Shown: one piece after another, positions 1-17,569 of the stretch
Layout of the letters: the number at the start of each line of letters is the position of its first letter
Position numbering within the stretch: the first letter of the stretch is position 1
NCBI GenBank assembly: GCA_965112735.1
Contig: OZ218951.1
Coordinates: 3,410,001-3,474,000 of the forward strand
Source of the DNA: Phaeosaccion multiseriatum
Lineage: Eukaryota; Protista; Ochrophyta, other classes
Direction: 5' to 3'
DNA: 64,000 nucleotides
The notes under the pieces: generated by a model
Seen by the model: the letters and a program-made list of their open reading frames with translations, nothing else
Databases searched by the model: none
What the model was told of the DNA's origin: nothing
Translations under genes and position numbers: made by a program

Positions 1-986
1 GCTCGTCCATTGATTTCGTTGGGGCTGCCGTCGGCACCGTCACTGTCACCGTCACCGCTGCTGATGAGCCCAACAGTGAGGCTCCTGCGTAGGAGGACAG
101 GGCCGTTTCTGTCTCTGTCTCGGTCTCTCTCCTTGACCGGAGTCGAGAGGTCATCTCTCCGACCCTTCTGCCCGTTTTCTCCTGCAGGGAGAGGGGAGAG
201 GAAGGGCGTAAGGTGAGGCCTGGGTCCACATCGCTTCCCTTCGAGCCAATCTGTGTGTGTGTGTGGGCGAGGAGAAAGCCCTACCACTGAATGCAACATA
301 ACAAATGGGGACGGCGAGGTTCCTTCACGTGACTTACTCGTGAGGGTGCGCCCCCCGTCGGCCTGGAGGTACAGCTCCAGTTCAACATCCAGGCTCGGAG
401 CCAGGGCTCGCCACCGCTGCTCCCACGCGGCGTCATGCCCCTGGCTTTGTTCGCTGCTTTCCCCCTCCTCCCCTGGGCCCTCTTCCTCCTCCTCCACTCC
501 GGGGCTTCTAGACGCTCTTCGCGCGACAAGGAGGGCCTTTAGCGTCTCCCCTTGATAGTACGTCCAGAGGTCCTTGCCATTCCGACTCGCCTTTGGGGAG
601 GGGGTGGGGAAAAGGTCAGGGGAAGGGGAAGGGGGGAGGGAAAAGGGAAGATGAGGCGAAGGAGGGGGGGGGGGAGTTCGTAGACTTGACCTCGACAGAG
701 CATGAAATGCCTGTGATAATCACGTCGCGTCGAGAAGCCAACGCCAAGGGAGGTGACGTCGCTGATGGGGGGAGCTGCCCAATGTCAGAGGAGGAGTTGA
801 TAGAGTGAGTATGTGGCGCCGAACCAGGCCGTGAGTTGACTTTGCACTTACTGTATGGCAAAGTCTACTTACTTTATGGGCTTGTCTTCCATCCGTAGTC
901 TGGGTTGGTTGCTCCCTTGTGCCGCCCACAATGACCAGCTCCAAGACTGCCTGCTCAAAGTCCGGGGGCATGGCTGTACTTGACAT
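1..986 (-). CDS. 5' part of a spliced gene that runs off the window start; possibly a TRAPPC14/Trs65-like TRAPP II subunit
   Basis: Exons 986-873, 774-691, 590-338 and 181-<1 join in frame at GT-AG junctions. Peptides DFEQAVLELVIV, YYQGETLKALLVARR and WEQRWRALAPSL resemble the recalled TRAPPC14 N-terminus (LYLGETVRFLLVLR...AWAELATAL). The family call is a weak inference. Confidence 0.5.
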
Positions 987-1206
987 GGCGCTATGTTCTC
1001 TGCTCAAGACGGCCACCAGACCATCTCGGTTGCCTAAGGTATAACTATGCTCTTCTTCTTCCCCCTCAATGCGAAGCAGCCATCTGTGATATTGAGTGGA
1101 GGCTCAACACGTGCACACGGCGGTTAGGTGGAGTGTTTTGTGTTTTGCGTTAAAAGAAAGGGTACCGAGGTGGAAAGCGGCTGGACGATCTTTATAAGTA
1201 GAGAAC

Positions 1207-7765
<6,559 letters not shown>

Positions 7766-7771
7766 TAGAAT

Positions 7772-8155
7772 GATGGATGGATGGATGGACGGACGGATGG
7801 ATGGATGGATGGATGGATGGATGGATGGATGGATGGCAAGTCATGGCAGCCAGTAAGGCAATGATGGACCCATGTAAGGCAATGAATGACTTTGGCAAGG
7901 GGGGGCGCTGGCCTGTCCACCACCAGGGCCACCAGGGAGGGGAGGGAGGGAGGGAGGGAGGGAGGGAGGGAGGGAGGGAGGGAGGGAGGGAGGGAGGGAG
8001 GGAGGGAGGGAGGGAGGGAGGGAGGGAGGGAGGGAGGGAGGGAGGGAGGGAGGGAGGGAGGGAGGGAGGGAGGGAGGGAGGGAGGGAGGGAGGGGATGGG
8101 AGGGAGGGAGGGAGGGAGGGAGGGAGGGAGGGAGGGAGGGAGGGAGGGAGGGAGG
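7772..8155. repeat. (GGAT)n and (GGGA)n microsatellites between convergent genes
   Basis: Directly visible. Confidence 0.9.
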
Positions 8156-8460
8156 GGTGGGGGAGGAAGGGAAGGGATGGAGGGAGGAGAGGGAGGGGAT
8201 GGGAGGGGATGGGATGGGAGGGAGGGAGGGGAGGAAAGCCTCTCTCTGCGGGGCCCATGTAAATACGAGTAAAGAAGAGATGCTTTTGTTTCAAGTACGA
8301 AGAAAGAAGAGACGCTTTTGCTTAAGTCACTTTGCCATGGGGCCCGTCCCCCCGGGGACGCAGGGGACGTAACAATAGCAATCCATTTAGAGCTTCTACG
8401 CGCAATTCCCCTATTACTATGAATCAATGAATATGAATCAACGATTCAAAAGGAGGACCC

Positions 8461-10749
8461 TCAGCACAAGAAGCGATCATCGTCGTCGTCAGCTGTGAGG
8501 AACCTCTCGTCCCTGGTGGCCTGTACCCTGCCCCTCAGCGTGTCCCTCGCAGAGCTCCCACTCCCACTCCCACTCTCACTCTCACCCACACTCACACTCA
8601 CACTCGCACTCACACTCACACACCCCTCTCTCTCTCTGGACAGCTTGGACGACTTGCTGCTATAGCTGCCAGGACTGTCACCACTGGCTACATGAGCATT
8701 GGCCCTCACACTGGAAGGAACAAGCCGCTGCTTGTCAGACGGGAAGAGGAGGCAGTCCTCCGCTGCAGGGAGAAGAGGAGGGCCGAGCATGGACTCTAGA
8801 CCACTCCTACTGCTACTCTTACCACTAACGCCGCCGCCCCACTTCCGATGGCTGAGAGGCTTGAGTTCCCCCTTTGCCGGTCGAGCGCCTGCCTTGCCTC
8901 CTTGATTGTTACTGCTGCTGCTGCCCATATGCCTGCCTCCACCTTTCGCCTTATCCAGCATCTTCATGGTCTTCTGAACGTGGTCTTTCTGCTGCAACTG
9001 TCTCTCTAACTTGCCGGAGAACTCTCTTAGATCCTCGGTGTTGACCTCTCTGCTGCTGCCACTGTCGCCATTGCCCTTGCCCTCGCAGGCGCTTGTGGTG
9101 TTGCCGTGGTTATCTTGATCCCTCTTCTTCGACGAGAGGAGAGACTCCGTTTTGCTCTCTCCCTCGAACTCCAACAGCTCGTGAACCTCCTCAATCTCGC
9201 TCTCCAGGCTCTGAGATCCATCGATAGATACATTGATCGGTTGAGTGTGTTGGTTGGTTAATTGGTTGGTTGGTTGGTCCATTCGTTTATGGTCAAGGAG
9301 GGGAAGGGTGAAGAGGAGGAGAGAAGGTTAAAATCGAGGAGGGAACAACGAGAGACGAGGGAGCGGGCATTGGTGCACAGTTTCTTTGTGTAGACCTCGC
9401 TGGTCAATGCGCCTCGGAGCGGCAAGGGGGGGGGGGGCGAGGAGAGTGGCAAGCTCGAGTGATGTGGTGATGATGATCTCGTGTGATTCAGGCAGAGCGA
9501 GCAGGAAACGACGCGTTTGCGTGCCAGCATGGGCACGACTGGGCCTTCCTTCCTTCCTTCCTTCCTTCCTTCCTTTTCTTTTCCCTTCCTTGCCCTTCGT
9601 CTAGTGAGGTTCGAGCACTTTCGGTGGCGTTCTCACCCTCCCCCTCCTCTCTCGGACACACACATACACACACACGCCCATACCCACACCCACACCCACA
9701 CACCCACACTCGTCCCACACTCCTCCGCATCTCACCTTTGCCTCATTTTCGAAGGCCTCCCGTAGCTCGCTGACAATGTCCTGCACAGAGCTCACGCTGA
9801 CCTTCTTTTCTCCCTCCCCCCCTGCGATGAGGCCGAGAGCAGCTGCCGTTACGGCATTGTGTTGCAGCACCTCGGGGGCGGAGCGGGTGGAACGGGACGA
9901 GGAGGGCCGGCCGCTGGACAGGGATGACGACGTGCTCGGTCTCTCTTGCTGACTACTAGCGGCAGCAGCAGGAGGTCCTGCAGAGCTGGATATAATGTAG
10001 GCGTACACTGCCTTTTCTCGCTCCGTCTCGATGGGAATGGGCGGGGGCCTGAGCGCAGTAACCGGCTCTTTGTCCGTGGTGGGCCCGCCTGACCGGCCGT
10101 GACCAGTGCAACCACAAGATCTGCCCATGGCTACGCCGGTCGTACTCTGCGTACGAGGGAGGGGGGGCTGCGGTGCTCTCCTGGACCCTTCTCTGCTGCT
10201 GCTCTGGTTTCGGTGTCCTCCCCCCTGCTCTCTGCATTGCCCATCCGTGGTTCCCTCTGCGGCTGCGGCATCCCCCAAGCGTTCCAGCAGCAGTTTGATG
10301 TGCTTCTCCAGCAGCATTCTCTCTGGTCCGAAGGCAATCTGCTTCTCGACTTGTCCCTTATCCTCGCCGTCCTTGCCCTGCTGCTGCTCCTCCAGCTTGG
10401 CTCGCAACTCGTCGTTGTCTTCTCTGGCCATCTGGAGGATGTCGTCTAGTGCGTCTAGCTCGCGCCATAGACAGTCATTGCGGTCAATGAGGCGCTCTCC
10501 TAACAAAGCTCGAATGGTGAACACCTCTTGGGGCTGTGCACGAAAGGGGGAGAGTTACATGGACCAAGAGACACGTGGTGAGTATACCACTTTGTGTTCA
10601 CGACGAACTCAATAATGCTACCATCCTTTCTGCGATGATTGCCATCCTCCAGAAGCACTCACCTCAAGGCATGCCTCTATTCTCTCCCATAGCGTGCGCG
10701 GGCCAACGTCTGAGGCAGATGATGCTGTGGACACCTTACTCCTCCTCAT
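8461..10749 (-). CDS. CCDC24: Coiled-coil domain-containing protein 24 homolog, 3 exons
   Basis: Exons 10749-10663, 10533-9736 and 9210-8461. TLWERIEACLE/PQEVFTIRALLGERLIDRNDCLWRELDALDDIL and VSSVQDIVSELREAFENEAK/SLESEIEEVHELLE match the two conserved blocks of CCDC24 as recalled. Confidence 0.75.
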
Positions 10750-11061
10750 CTCTGTGCTCCTAAATTTATCCTTGGCGAGGGCAAAATGCCTCATAAAAGG
10801 CCAGCGTTTGTCCTCTTCCAACCTTCTTTCGTTTGAAACTGCCTCGTTCACAACTGGGCTGTACGCCCAACACAGACACTTTGAAAAGAATTTTCTCCTT
10901 TCCTTTTTTCTCCTTCTTTTTTTTCCTTTGCTTCACTCGCTTAATAACATTACTCACTTCATTCATTCACCACTCACTCACTCACGTCTATCAATATACA
11001 AGAGTCTTACGTAAATTAAATTTAGTACAGGTACGTGACAAGTTAGTACCCTGCTCAGCCC

Positions 11062-14000
11062 TCAGTCGCCTTGTTCTTCTTGACTTGTTGACTGGTGACG
11101 CACGCTGCTCGCCTCTGCCCGTATCCGTGCCTTGCTTTGCATGAGGGTGACCTCCTTCCGCGACTTGCACAACTCCCTCTCCTTGTCCAATAACCACCTC
11201 CGTTCGGGCGGGGGCAAAAGGTCCGCCATCTTCTCGACAATTGTTTCTCGCCGCACAGGCTTGGTGGCGAAGTCGTTCCCGCCCGCTTCCCTACACTCCC
11301 GCACGGCCTCCGCCGAGCAATCCGCAGTGAGGAAGATGATGGGCGTGTCTTTGCAAGGGCCGTCGCCAGCTCTCAGCTCTCGAGCGGCGTCGATGCCGTC
11401 CATCACCGGCATGACCTTGTCCAGCAGGATGATGGAGAAGCGCTGCAGGCCACACGAATCCACCGCTTGAAGGCCGGTATCCGCACACTTCACGACCAGC
11501 CCCAGCGAGCCCAGCAGCTTGTTCAGCACCATGCGATTGACCTTGTTATCGTCCACCACCAGCACGGTGGGAGGACGAGGAGCTTCCCCCATGAGTCCCC
11601 TGTGAGCAGCAACTGCTCCTCCTTCCACTTCCCTCGGAGTCGCGCTATTCTCCGACCCGTCGAATGTGTCCTCGATACTGGCGGGGCCAAGTGCCTCTCC
11701 TTCCACTCGTACACCGTCATCTCTCGTGTACACTCGCCGATGGGCCACAGTGGTGGTAGCCTCGCGAAGCTTGCCTTCCACTTTGAAGGTGCAGCGAAAC
11801 TCTGACCCCTTACCCAAGACCGACGAGCAGGTTACGTCTCCCCCCATGGCCCGAGCAAGGGCGGCGGAGATGGCCAGCCCCAGGCCAGTGCCCTGCACGT
11901 TGGTAGTCGCGCTGTCGTGCACCTGGACAAAGGGTTTGAAGAGGCGTTCGACCGCGTCGGGTGCCATCCCGATGCCAGAGTCGCGTACCGTGAGGAGAAT
12001 CATCACCTCCTCTGACTCCTTGCTGCTCGGCGGGTTGGCGTCTAAAAAGACGTCGATGGAGCCGTGCTTTGTGAACTTTACTGCGTTGCTGATGAAGTTG
12101 TTGAACAGTTGCCGAATCCTCACGTCGTCGCCAACCACCTTACCCCGTGGCACACTGTTCTCGATGGTGAGGCTCATGCTGGAGAGCGAAGAGGTGCCAC
12201 TCGTATGGAGGACGGTCCAAGCACTCTCCACCATCTCCACCGCGAGCGTCTCGAGGCGAAACGTCCTCTTGCCAATCTCAATCTTGCCCGCCTCGATCTT
12301 GCTCATGTCGAGAACGTTGTTCACCAAGCTGAGCAAGGTGGAAGAGCACGAGTGTATCACGTTGATGTAGGGCAGCACCGCGTCGGGAAGCTCGACGCTT
12401 TCCAGCAGTTGGGCCATTCCCAAGATGCCATTCATGGGCGTGCGAATCTCGTGCGTAATGGAGCGGAGGAAGCGCGACTTGGCAGAGGAAGCCTCTCTTG
12501 CGGCCGCTGCTTCTTCCTTCATCGCCTTCTGGAGCAACCAATTGCGATGCTCCCAGTAGAAGAGCAGCGCAAGCAGCACACAGCCCCCCGCCAGCACAGC
12601 GTAGTACTCCCACGGAAGGCCTCGCTTCTGACGCGGGGAAGTGGCTGCCTCCACATAGAACGACGTTTCGGGGTCGGACGTTTCCTCGAAGCTGAAAATC
12701 GTCTCGGAGTCATCCGTAAATGGTACCCCTACGAGGGTCGTTCTCGACTCATTGTCGCTCGCGAGAAAGCCAATGTCTACTTGAGTGCCAGGGTACGTGG
12801 TCTGGAACTTTAGCAAAGAGGATTTCTCCAGAACGCGCTCCACCCTGATGAAAACGGCGACAACCCCCATGTTTTCTTCTTCACCGTCGCCCCCCCCGGA
12901 CCCATCTGCAGCTGATGATGAGCCGCTATGCGGCGCTGGCCCTCCGTTGACGGGCAGTAGGAAAATGAAAATCGATTCATCCGTATCCCCAGCAGGAAAG
13001 GGTGTCGAGTACGTATTGTCTCCTGTTTGTAGGAGGCGCTCAATTCCTACCCTTTGGGTCGCATCGGCGAATATATCGAAGCCCAAGACCGCGTCGTTGC
13101 GCGGTTCAGAATACAAGACTGGCCAATAATACTCCCCCTCCGTGCGGTTTGGCGATGGCACGATTCCAAACTCAGATCTCTCCGTGATCGTTATTTCTTG
13201 CCCATACAAAGTCGACGCAGCCGCCTCGAACTCAGGCCGAGCTTCCGCAGGCACTCTCGGCAAGTAGACGACAGACTTTCCGTTCGATGTGGCTGGGGCG
13301 GTCAAAGCGGAGAATTGGGTCGGGGTGACATCGCCGCCACCACCCCACATCTCCAGGGCCACGCTGATAATTTCACTCTCGCTGTTTGGAGACTTGAGTT
13401 GGCTGAAGACTGTGGTCTGGAGGAAGGCAACATCGGCTCTGTAGGCAGCCGTCTCCTCTCGCTCCAGAGATTTAGCATACTCCAACCCGAGGAAGTGAGT
13501 GGTCAATAACCCCACAGCGAGCAGGAGAAAGAGGCGGAGACGTCTCAGTGCCTTCTCTGAGGTGAACAGCCCGCAGTTGTACGCCTTCTTCCTTGTGCGT
13601 TCTTCTTCTCCGTTCTCAGATTCCACACTTTCCCGTGTAGAACCTTTCTGCTCCCCAGTCTCGCCCCCCCCCGGTGCCAAGTCTCCTCTGGCGAAGTCAT
13701 CCCCCCTCCCCCTCGCAGAGTGTACTGGCGACACTGTACTTGGTATCCCTTTCGAATCACGCCTTGATGCTTCATTTTGAGTGTTTTTTCCCTCTTCCAT
13801 CTTCCTCTCTGCTGTCATGGTCTTCGAAGACACCAGTAAATTCTTCTGATTCCCATGGTATGAAGCGTCATCAATGGGGAGCAATATTCCCCCCCCCCCG
13901 CCCCCACCCCCATTCACTACTACCACTTCTACACAATCAGGTTTTGCGCCTTCTCCCCCTTCCGAAGGGTCCATTCTACTCGCCTGCGTCCCTATCCCCC

Positions 14001-14073
14001 CTTCCTTCCATAGAGGTAGCGCAGTACTCCTGCTGCGGCGTCCTCCACTTCCTAACCTCCGGAGTACTTGCAT
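11062..14073 (-). CDS. Intronless membrane hybrid sensor histidine kinase (TM-CHASE-TM-HisKA-HATPase-REC)
   Basis: 1003-aa ORF. TM1 LFLLLAVGLLTTHFLGL. CHASE motifs YLPRV...RPEFE...YWPVLYSEP...VLGFDI. TM2 YYAVLAGGCVLLALLFYW. H-box ITHEIRTPMNGI, N-box NFISNAVKFT, G1 DSGIG, G2 GTGLGL. Receiver VDDN...LLDKVMPVMDG...LTA...KP. Confidence 0.95.
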   Translation of the reverse strand: MQVLRRLGSGGRRSRSTALPLWKEGGIGTQASRMDPSEGGEGAKPDCVEVVVVNGGGGGGGGILLPIDDASYHGNQKNLLVSSKTMTAERKMEEGKNTQNEASRRDSKGIPSTVSPVHSARGRGDDFARGDLAPGGGETGEQKGSTRESVESENGEEERTRKKAYNCGLFTSEKALRRLRLFLLLAVGLLTTHFLGLEYAKSLEREETAAYRADVAFLQTTVFSQLKSPNSESEIISVALEMWGGGGDVTPTQFSALTAPATSNGKSVVYLPRVPAEARPEFEAAASTLYGQEITITERSEFGIVPSPNRTEGEYYWPVLYSEPRNDAVLGFDIFADATQRVGIERLLQTGDNTYSTPFPAGDTDESIFIFLLPVNGGPAPHSGSSSAADGSGGGDGEEENMGVVAVFIRVERVLEKSSLLKFQTTYPGTQVDIGFLASDNESRTTLVGVPFTDDSETIFSFEETSDPETSFYVEAATSPRQKRGLPWEYYAVLAGGCVLLALLFYWEHRNWLLQKAMKEEAAAAREASSAKSRFLRSITHEIRTPMNGILGMAQLLESVELPDAVLPYINVIHSCSSTLLSLVNNVLDMSKIEAGKIEIGKRTFRLETLAVEMVESAWTVLHTSGTSSLSSMSLTIENSVPRGKVVGDDVRIRQLFNNFISNAVKFTKHGSIDVFLDANPPSSKESEEVMILLTVRDSGIGMAPDAVERLFKPFVQVHDSATTNVQGTGLGLAISAALARAMGGDVTCSSVLGKGSEFRCTFKVEGKLREATTTVAHRRVYTRDDGVRVEGEALGPASIEDTFDGSENSATPREVEGGAVAAHRGLMGEAPRPPTVLVVDDNKVNRMVLNKLLGSLGLVVKCADTGLQAVDSCGLQRFSIILLDKVMPVMDGIDAARELRAGDGPCKDTPIIFLTADCSAEAVRECREAGGNDFATKPVRRETIVEKMADLLPPPERRWLLDKERELCKSRKEVTLMQSKARIRAEASSVRHQSTSQEEQGD

Positions 14074-14229
14074 TGCCTGTCCACTGCTGACCGGTTATTG
14101 CGGAGACGTGAGACGTTGGATTTGGGACGGGATGGATCCAATCGATGGAGGGTAAAAGGTCCTCATAGTATTTTAACTCAAACTGATTCCGAAACGGCAC
14201 ATCTTAGAAGGAGGAGAGTGTTAAACGAT

Positions 14230-15459
14230 ATGGATGGAGCTTCAGCAGCAGTGGGTGGGCGACGATCTCGTTCTCGTTCATCGTCTGCGGATTGTTCTTC
14301 TCACCAATCCCCTCCCGTCTACGCTGCCGACGAATCAAGTGGCAGTGGCAGGAGAAGCAGTAGCAGCAGCAGCGGCGGCGGCGGCGGCGGGGCCGCTAGC
14401 ATAACGGCGCATTGGGCCAAAGGACAAGATCATCGAAGGCTACGCGCCCGGGTTTCTTCCCAAGACGGAAAAAATGATGGCTTGTGGGGGAGGATTGACC
14501 GGGAGGAAGATGGAGAGGAGCAGCATCACGAGCATGACCATGCGTTTGAGAGAGGACTCATGGACCATCTGCTCCCCCCCCGGGCTCTGCGAAGGGGGGC
14601 CACTGTGTTGTCGAGCTGGAGAGACAGGCGGGCTAGAAACAGAGACAGCGACAGCTACTCAGGTTTGCTGCGCCCTGCGTCAGGTCAGTCACTCACGGCG
14701 CTAGCGTCTGGCCCTGCCTCGTTTAGGTAGATACTTTGGACACATCCATCACCCTTGCTTTGGTTGGATTCGCTCATCTTCCAATACTCTGTCCGACTTT
14801 CTGTGTGCAGCTTCGAATGCGGCAGACTGCAGCTTATTGAACAGCATCGGCGACCGAATCCGAACACTAGAGGGCAGCTTGCGCTCCATGAGGGAGCAAG
14901 TCATCGTCCGGGACAAGGAGATCATCACCATGCGGAGGGAAAAGCGCTGCCTCATAGAGCAGCTACAGGCCGGTTTGCCGGCAGTCGGGGCGGGACCGGC
15001 AGCAGCAGCTGCACGGGGTGGTGCAGGTGGAAAGGCCGCTAGAGCAAAGAATGGATTCCACCAGCAGCAGCAGCAGCAGGAGGAGGAGGAGGAGGAGGAG
15101 GAGGAGGAGGACGACGAGGAGGGGAGGGGCGAAAGGCAGTCGGGGTCACAGGCTACCGGATCGGATGAACAAAAGGCAGGGCGAGGGGGGAGATCAAGGG
15201 CAAGTTGGGGCCCGGGGCCTGTCACGTCTACTACGGCCCTTTTGGAAGAGTTGCCGCAGGTACTGGCGGAGAATAGGAGAATGCAGAAGCAGATTGCGGA
15301 TATGGAGCAGTTTCTTGCGGACTACGGACTGAGATGGGTTGGAGCTGGCAGCCCTTCGGCGGCGGAGGGGCACCTTACCCGCCCTGCCAGGCGGGAAGTC
15401 CGAGATGCATCAACAGCAGCCGCAGTTGCTGCAACAACAACAACAACAGCAGCAGCAGC

Positions 15460-15509
<50 letters not shown>

Positions 15510-16599
15510 GAGGAGGAGGAGGAGGAGGAGGAGGAGGAGGAGGAGAAGGTGGTGGAGGTGGAGGAGGCGATGAAGTGCGTAGAGGGGGTGGTTTCCTCGT
15601 GGACTTTGACCACCTTATCGGCAAGGTCAAGGAGCTCAACGCCTCTATGGCCCAAGAGCGCACTAGAATGGTCATCTCCGACGGTGGCCGCAAGGCCCAG
15701 TTTCAGTCCATCGGACGGGTTCCCCTTCAGCTCTTCTCGGATGCTCTTGGAGTCGGAAGCTTCGGCCCCGGAAGGCCCGGAACAAGTCTTTTGGAGGCCA
15801 ATTTCGATTTGCGGCTGTTTTGCGACCCCAAGACGCAGCTCTTCGTGCGAGACTTGCTCGATGGGTGAGAAACCTTCTTCTTATGACTACTCTCTTCAGG
15901 TCCCTTTAACAGCATCCTTCGATGTGTGCCACTTCCTGACCCCGCCCTCTCCCGCCCCTTCCCTCCCCTTCACAGATGTGGTATGGCAAGACTGAATGAC
16001 ACCAAACGTTTTCCCGCTCCCTCTGTTGTCTGTTTCCCAGGTATTTCCCTTCAGAGTTCCGCACGCAATATCCCGACGGCTTCGTCTTCGAAATACGGGA
16101 CTCGAGGTCCGTAGGAACCTTACTTACCCTCCTTTCTGAGTTGGGGTAGGATAGGCGTACGTGAGGCTCAACCTAAGTCAATGACCCCCTCTTTTCCCTT
16201 CGATGCAGGACGGTTTCCACCTCGGGAGGATTACTCGGCGGCCCTTTTGCAGGCCATGGACACCGCCTCGGCAAGGCAGATGCCCCACGGGGAGGAACTA
16301 CCCCCTTCCGGAAACACGAAAGGGCAGCTAACGGGTCAGTAAGAGAAGTTCAAGAAGCGGCATCAGTGGCAGCAGCAGCAGCAGCAGCAGCTGTGCCCAC
16401 CGCCGCCGGAAATGTGCAAACTAGAACGGCAGGTGAGACCCGAGACCGAGCCGTGGGGAGCCGTGCTGTGGTGCAAGTGCTTCATAGCCACGGAACAAAG
16501 CTCCGAGTGGAGTTGGGATTCGACGACACCATCGACGCGCTGAGAATCGAGGTAATGGGATGAGGGACAAACAAGACTTGGGGCGCTTGGCTTGCTGCC

Positions 16600-16681
<82 letters not shown>

Positions 16682-17168
16682 TGCTGGGGTGTGCTGCTTC
16701 GCCTTCAACGACCACGGAGGTTGATAGAAGTTGTGTGAGACTTGGGACTGCGGGGAGGGTTGAGCTGGCCGGAAACGCAATATCATATATTCTATTACGG
16801 GTTTCAGTTTGTGGGGAGCCTCCTCACGATTTCTTGTATTTGTACTATGAAGGGAGAGAGCATTGCCTTCTATTTGCTGACTCCATTTGTTTCTGATTGC
16901 CGTTCCCGCTCCTCGGTACTTTTTGTCGCCACAGCTTGGTCGGCAGCTCAGCCTCTGCCCTGCAGCCACTACGGCCCTTCAAATACGGACCGCTTTTCCT
17001 CCCAAGGTAGGAGTGACTCACGCGTAAACAGGCGGTATCGCATTGGAATTGTTGACGCTCCCTACGACTGACGCACCCTTACGTCCACAGGTTCACGATG
17101 ACAGCTCCCAGACTCTAAGGGAGGCGGGGCTCACACCCAACGCGACGGTCATCGCACGAGTGCTTTGA
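14230..17168 (+). CDS. UBXN11: UBX domain-containing protein 11 (coiled coil, SEP and UBX domains), 6 exons
   Basis: Exons 14230-14683, 14811-15864, 16041-16106, 16209-16552, 16935-17006 and 17091-17168. Signature MEQFLADYGLRWVG. SEP: DLLDGYFPSEFRTQYPDG. UBX: IRTAFPPK...QTLREAGLTPNATV. Confidence 0.9.
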
Positions 17169-17569
17169 GGAACCTTCTGCGGAACCTTCTGAGGAAGATT
17201 TTGTGCACCCCCTCTCGGAGGATGCGTCTCCCCGGGGGAGGGATGTGACTCACAGCAGCGCATCTTGTCCTCTCGCCTCCTCTGCTTGACGATAAGACAC
17301 AGCAGCAAACCAAATCGATTGCCGGGTGCCATTCCTGTAAACCGCGTTTCTTCTTCCTCGTCCTCTTCTTCGTTCTTCTTCTGCTTCTTCACCGCCCGGC
17401 AGGAAGCCGCCCTCAGTCCTCTTCTTGTTTGAGATCCTTCTCGTGATGGGCTGTATTCATCTTACTCGTCGCACCCTTGCACAGTGGGGTCTTGCAAGAA
17501 AGGCAGGGAAGGGGCCTCTAGCGAATCAGTCTGGTGGGGTGCATTCCTCAGTCAGGTGGGGTGCATTCC

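Noticed and set aside
8345-8370. Short GC hairpin CGTCCCC/GGGGACG as a Helitron 3' end or terminator
   Set aside because: No CTRR terminus, no U-tract and no second copy; too short to support.
9607-9620. GGTTCGA T-loop-like motif suggesting a tRNA
   Set aside because: No cloverleaf can be formed; the upstream sequence is a pyrimidine repeat.
11062-14073. Bacterial contamination or an integrated provirus around the histidine kinase
   Set aside because: The gene is tightly flanked by intron-containing host genes, and no other viral or bacterial genes, integrase or terminal repeats are nearby.
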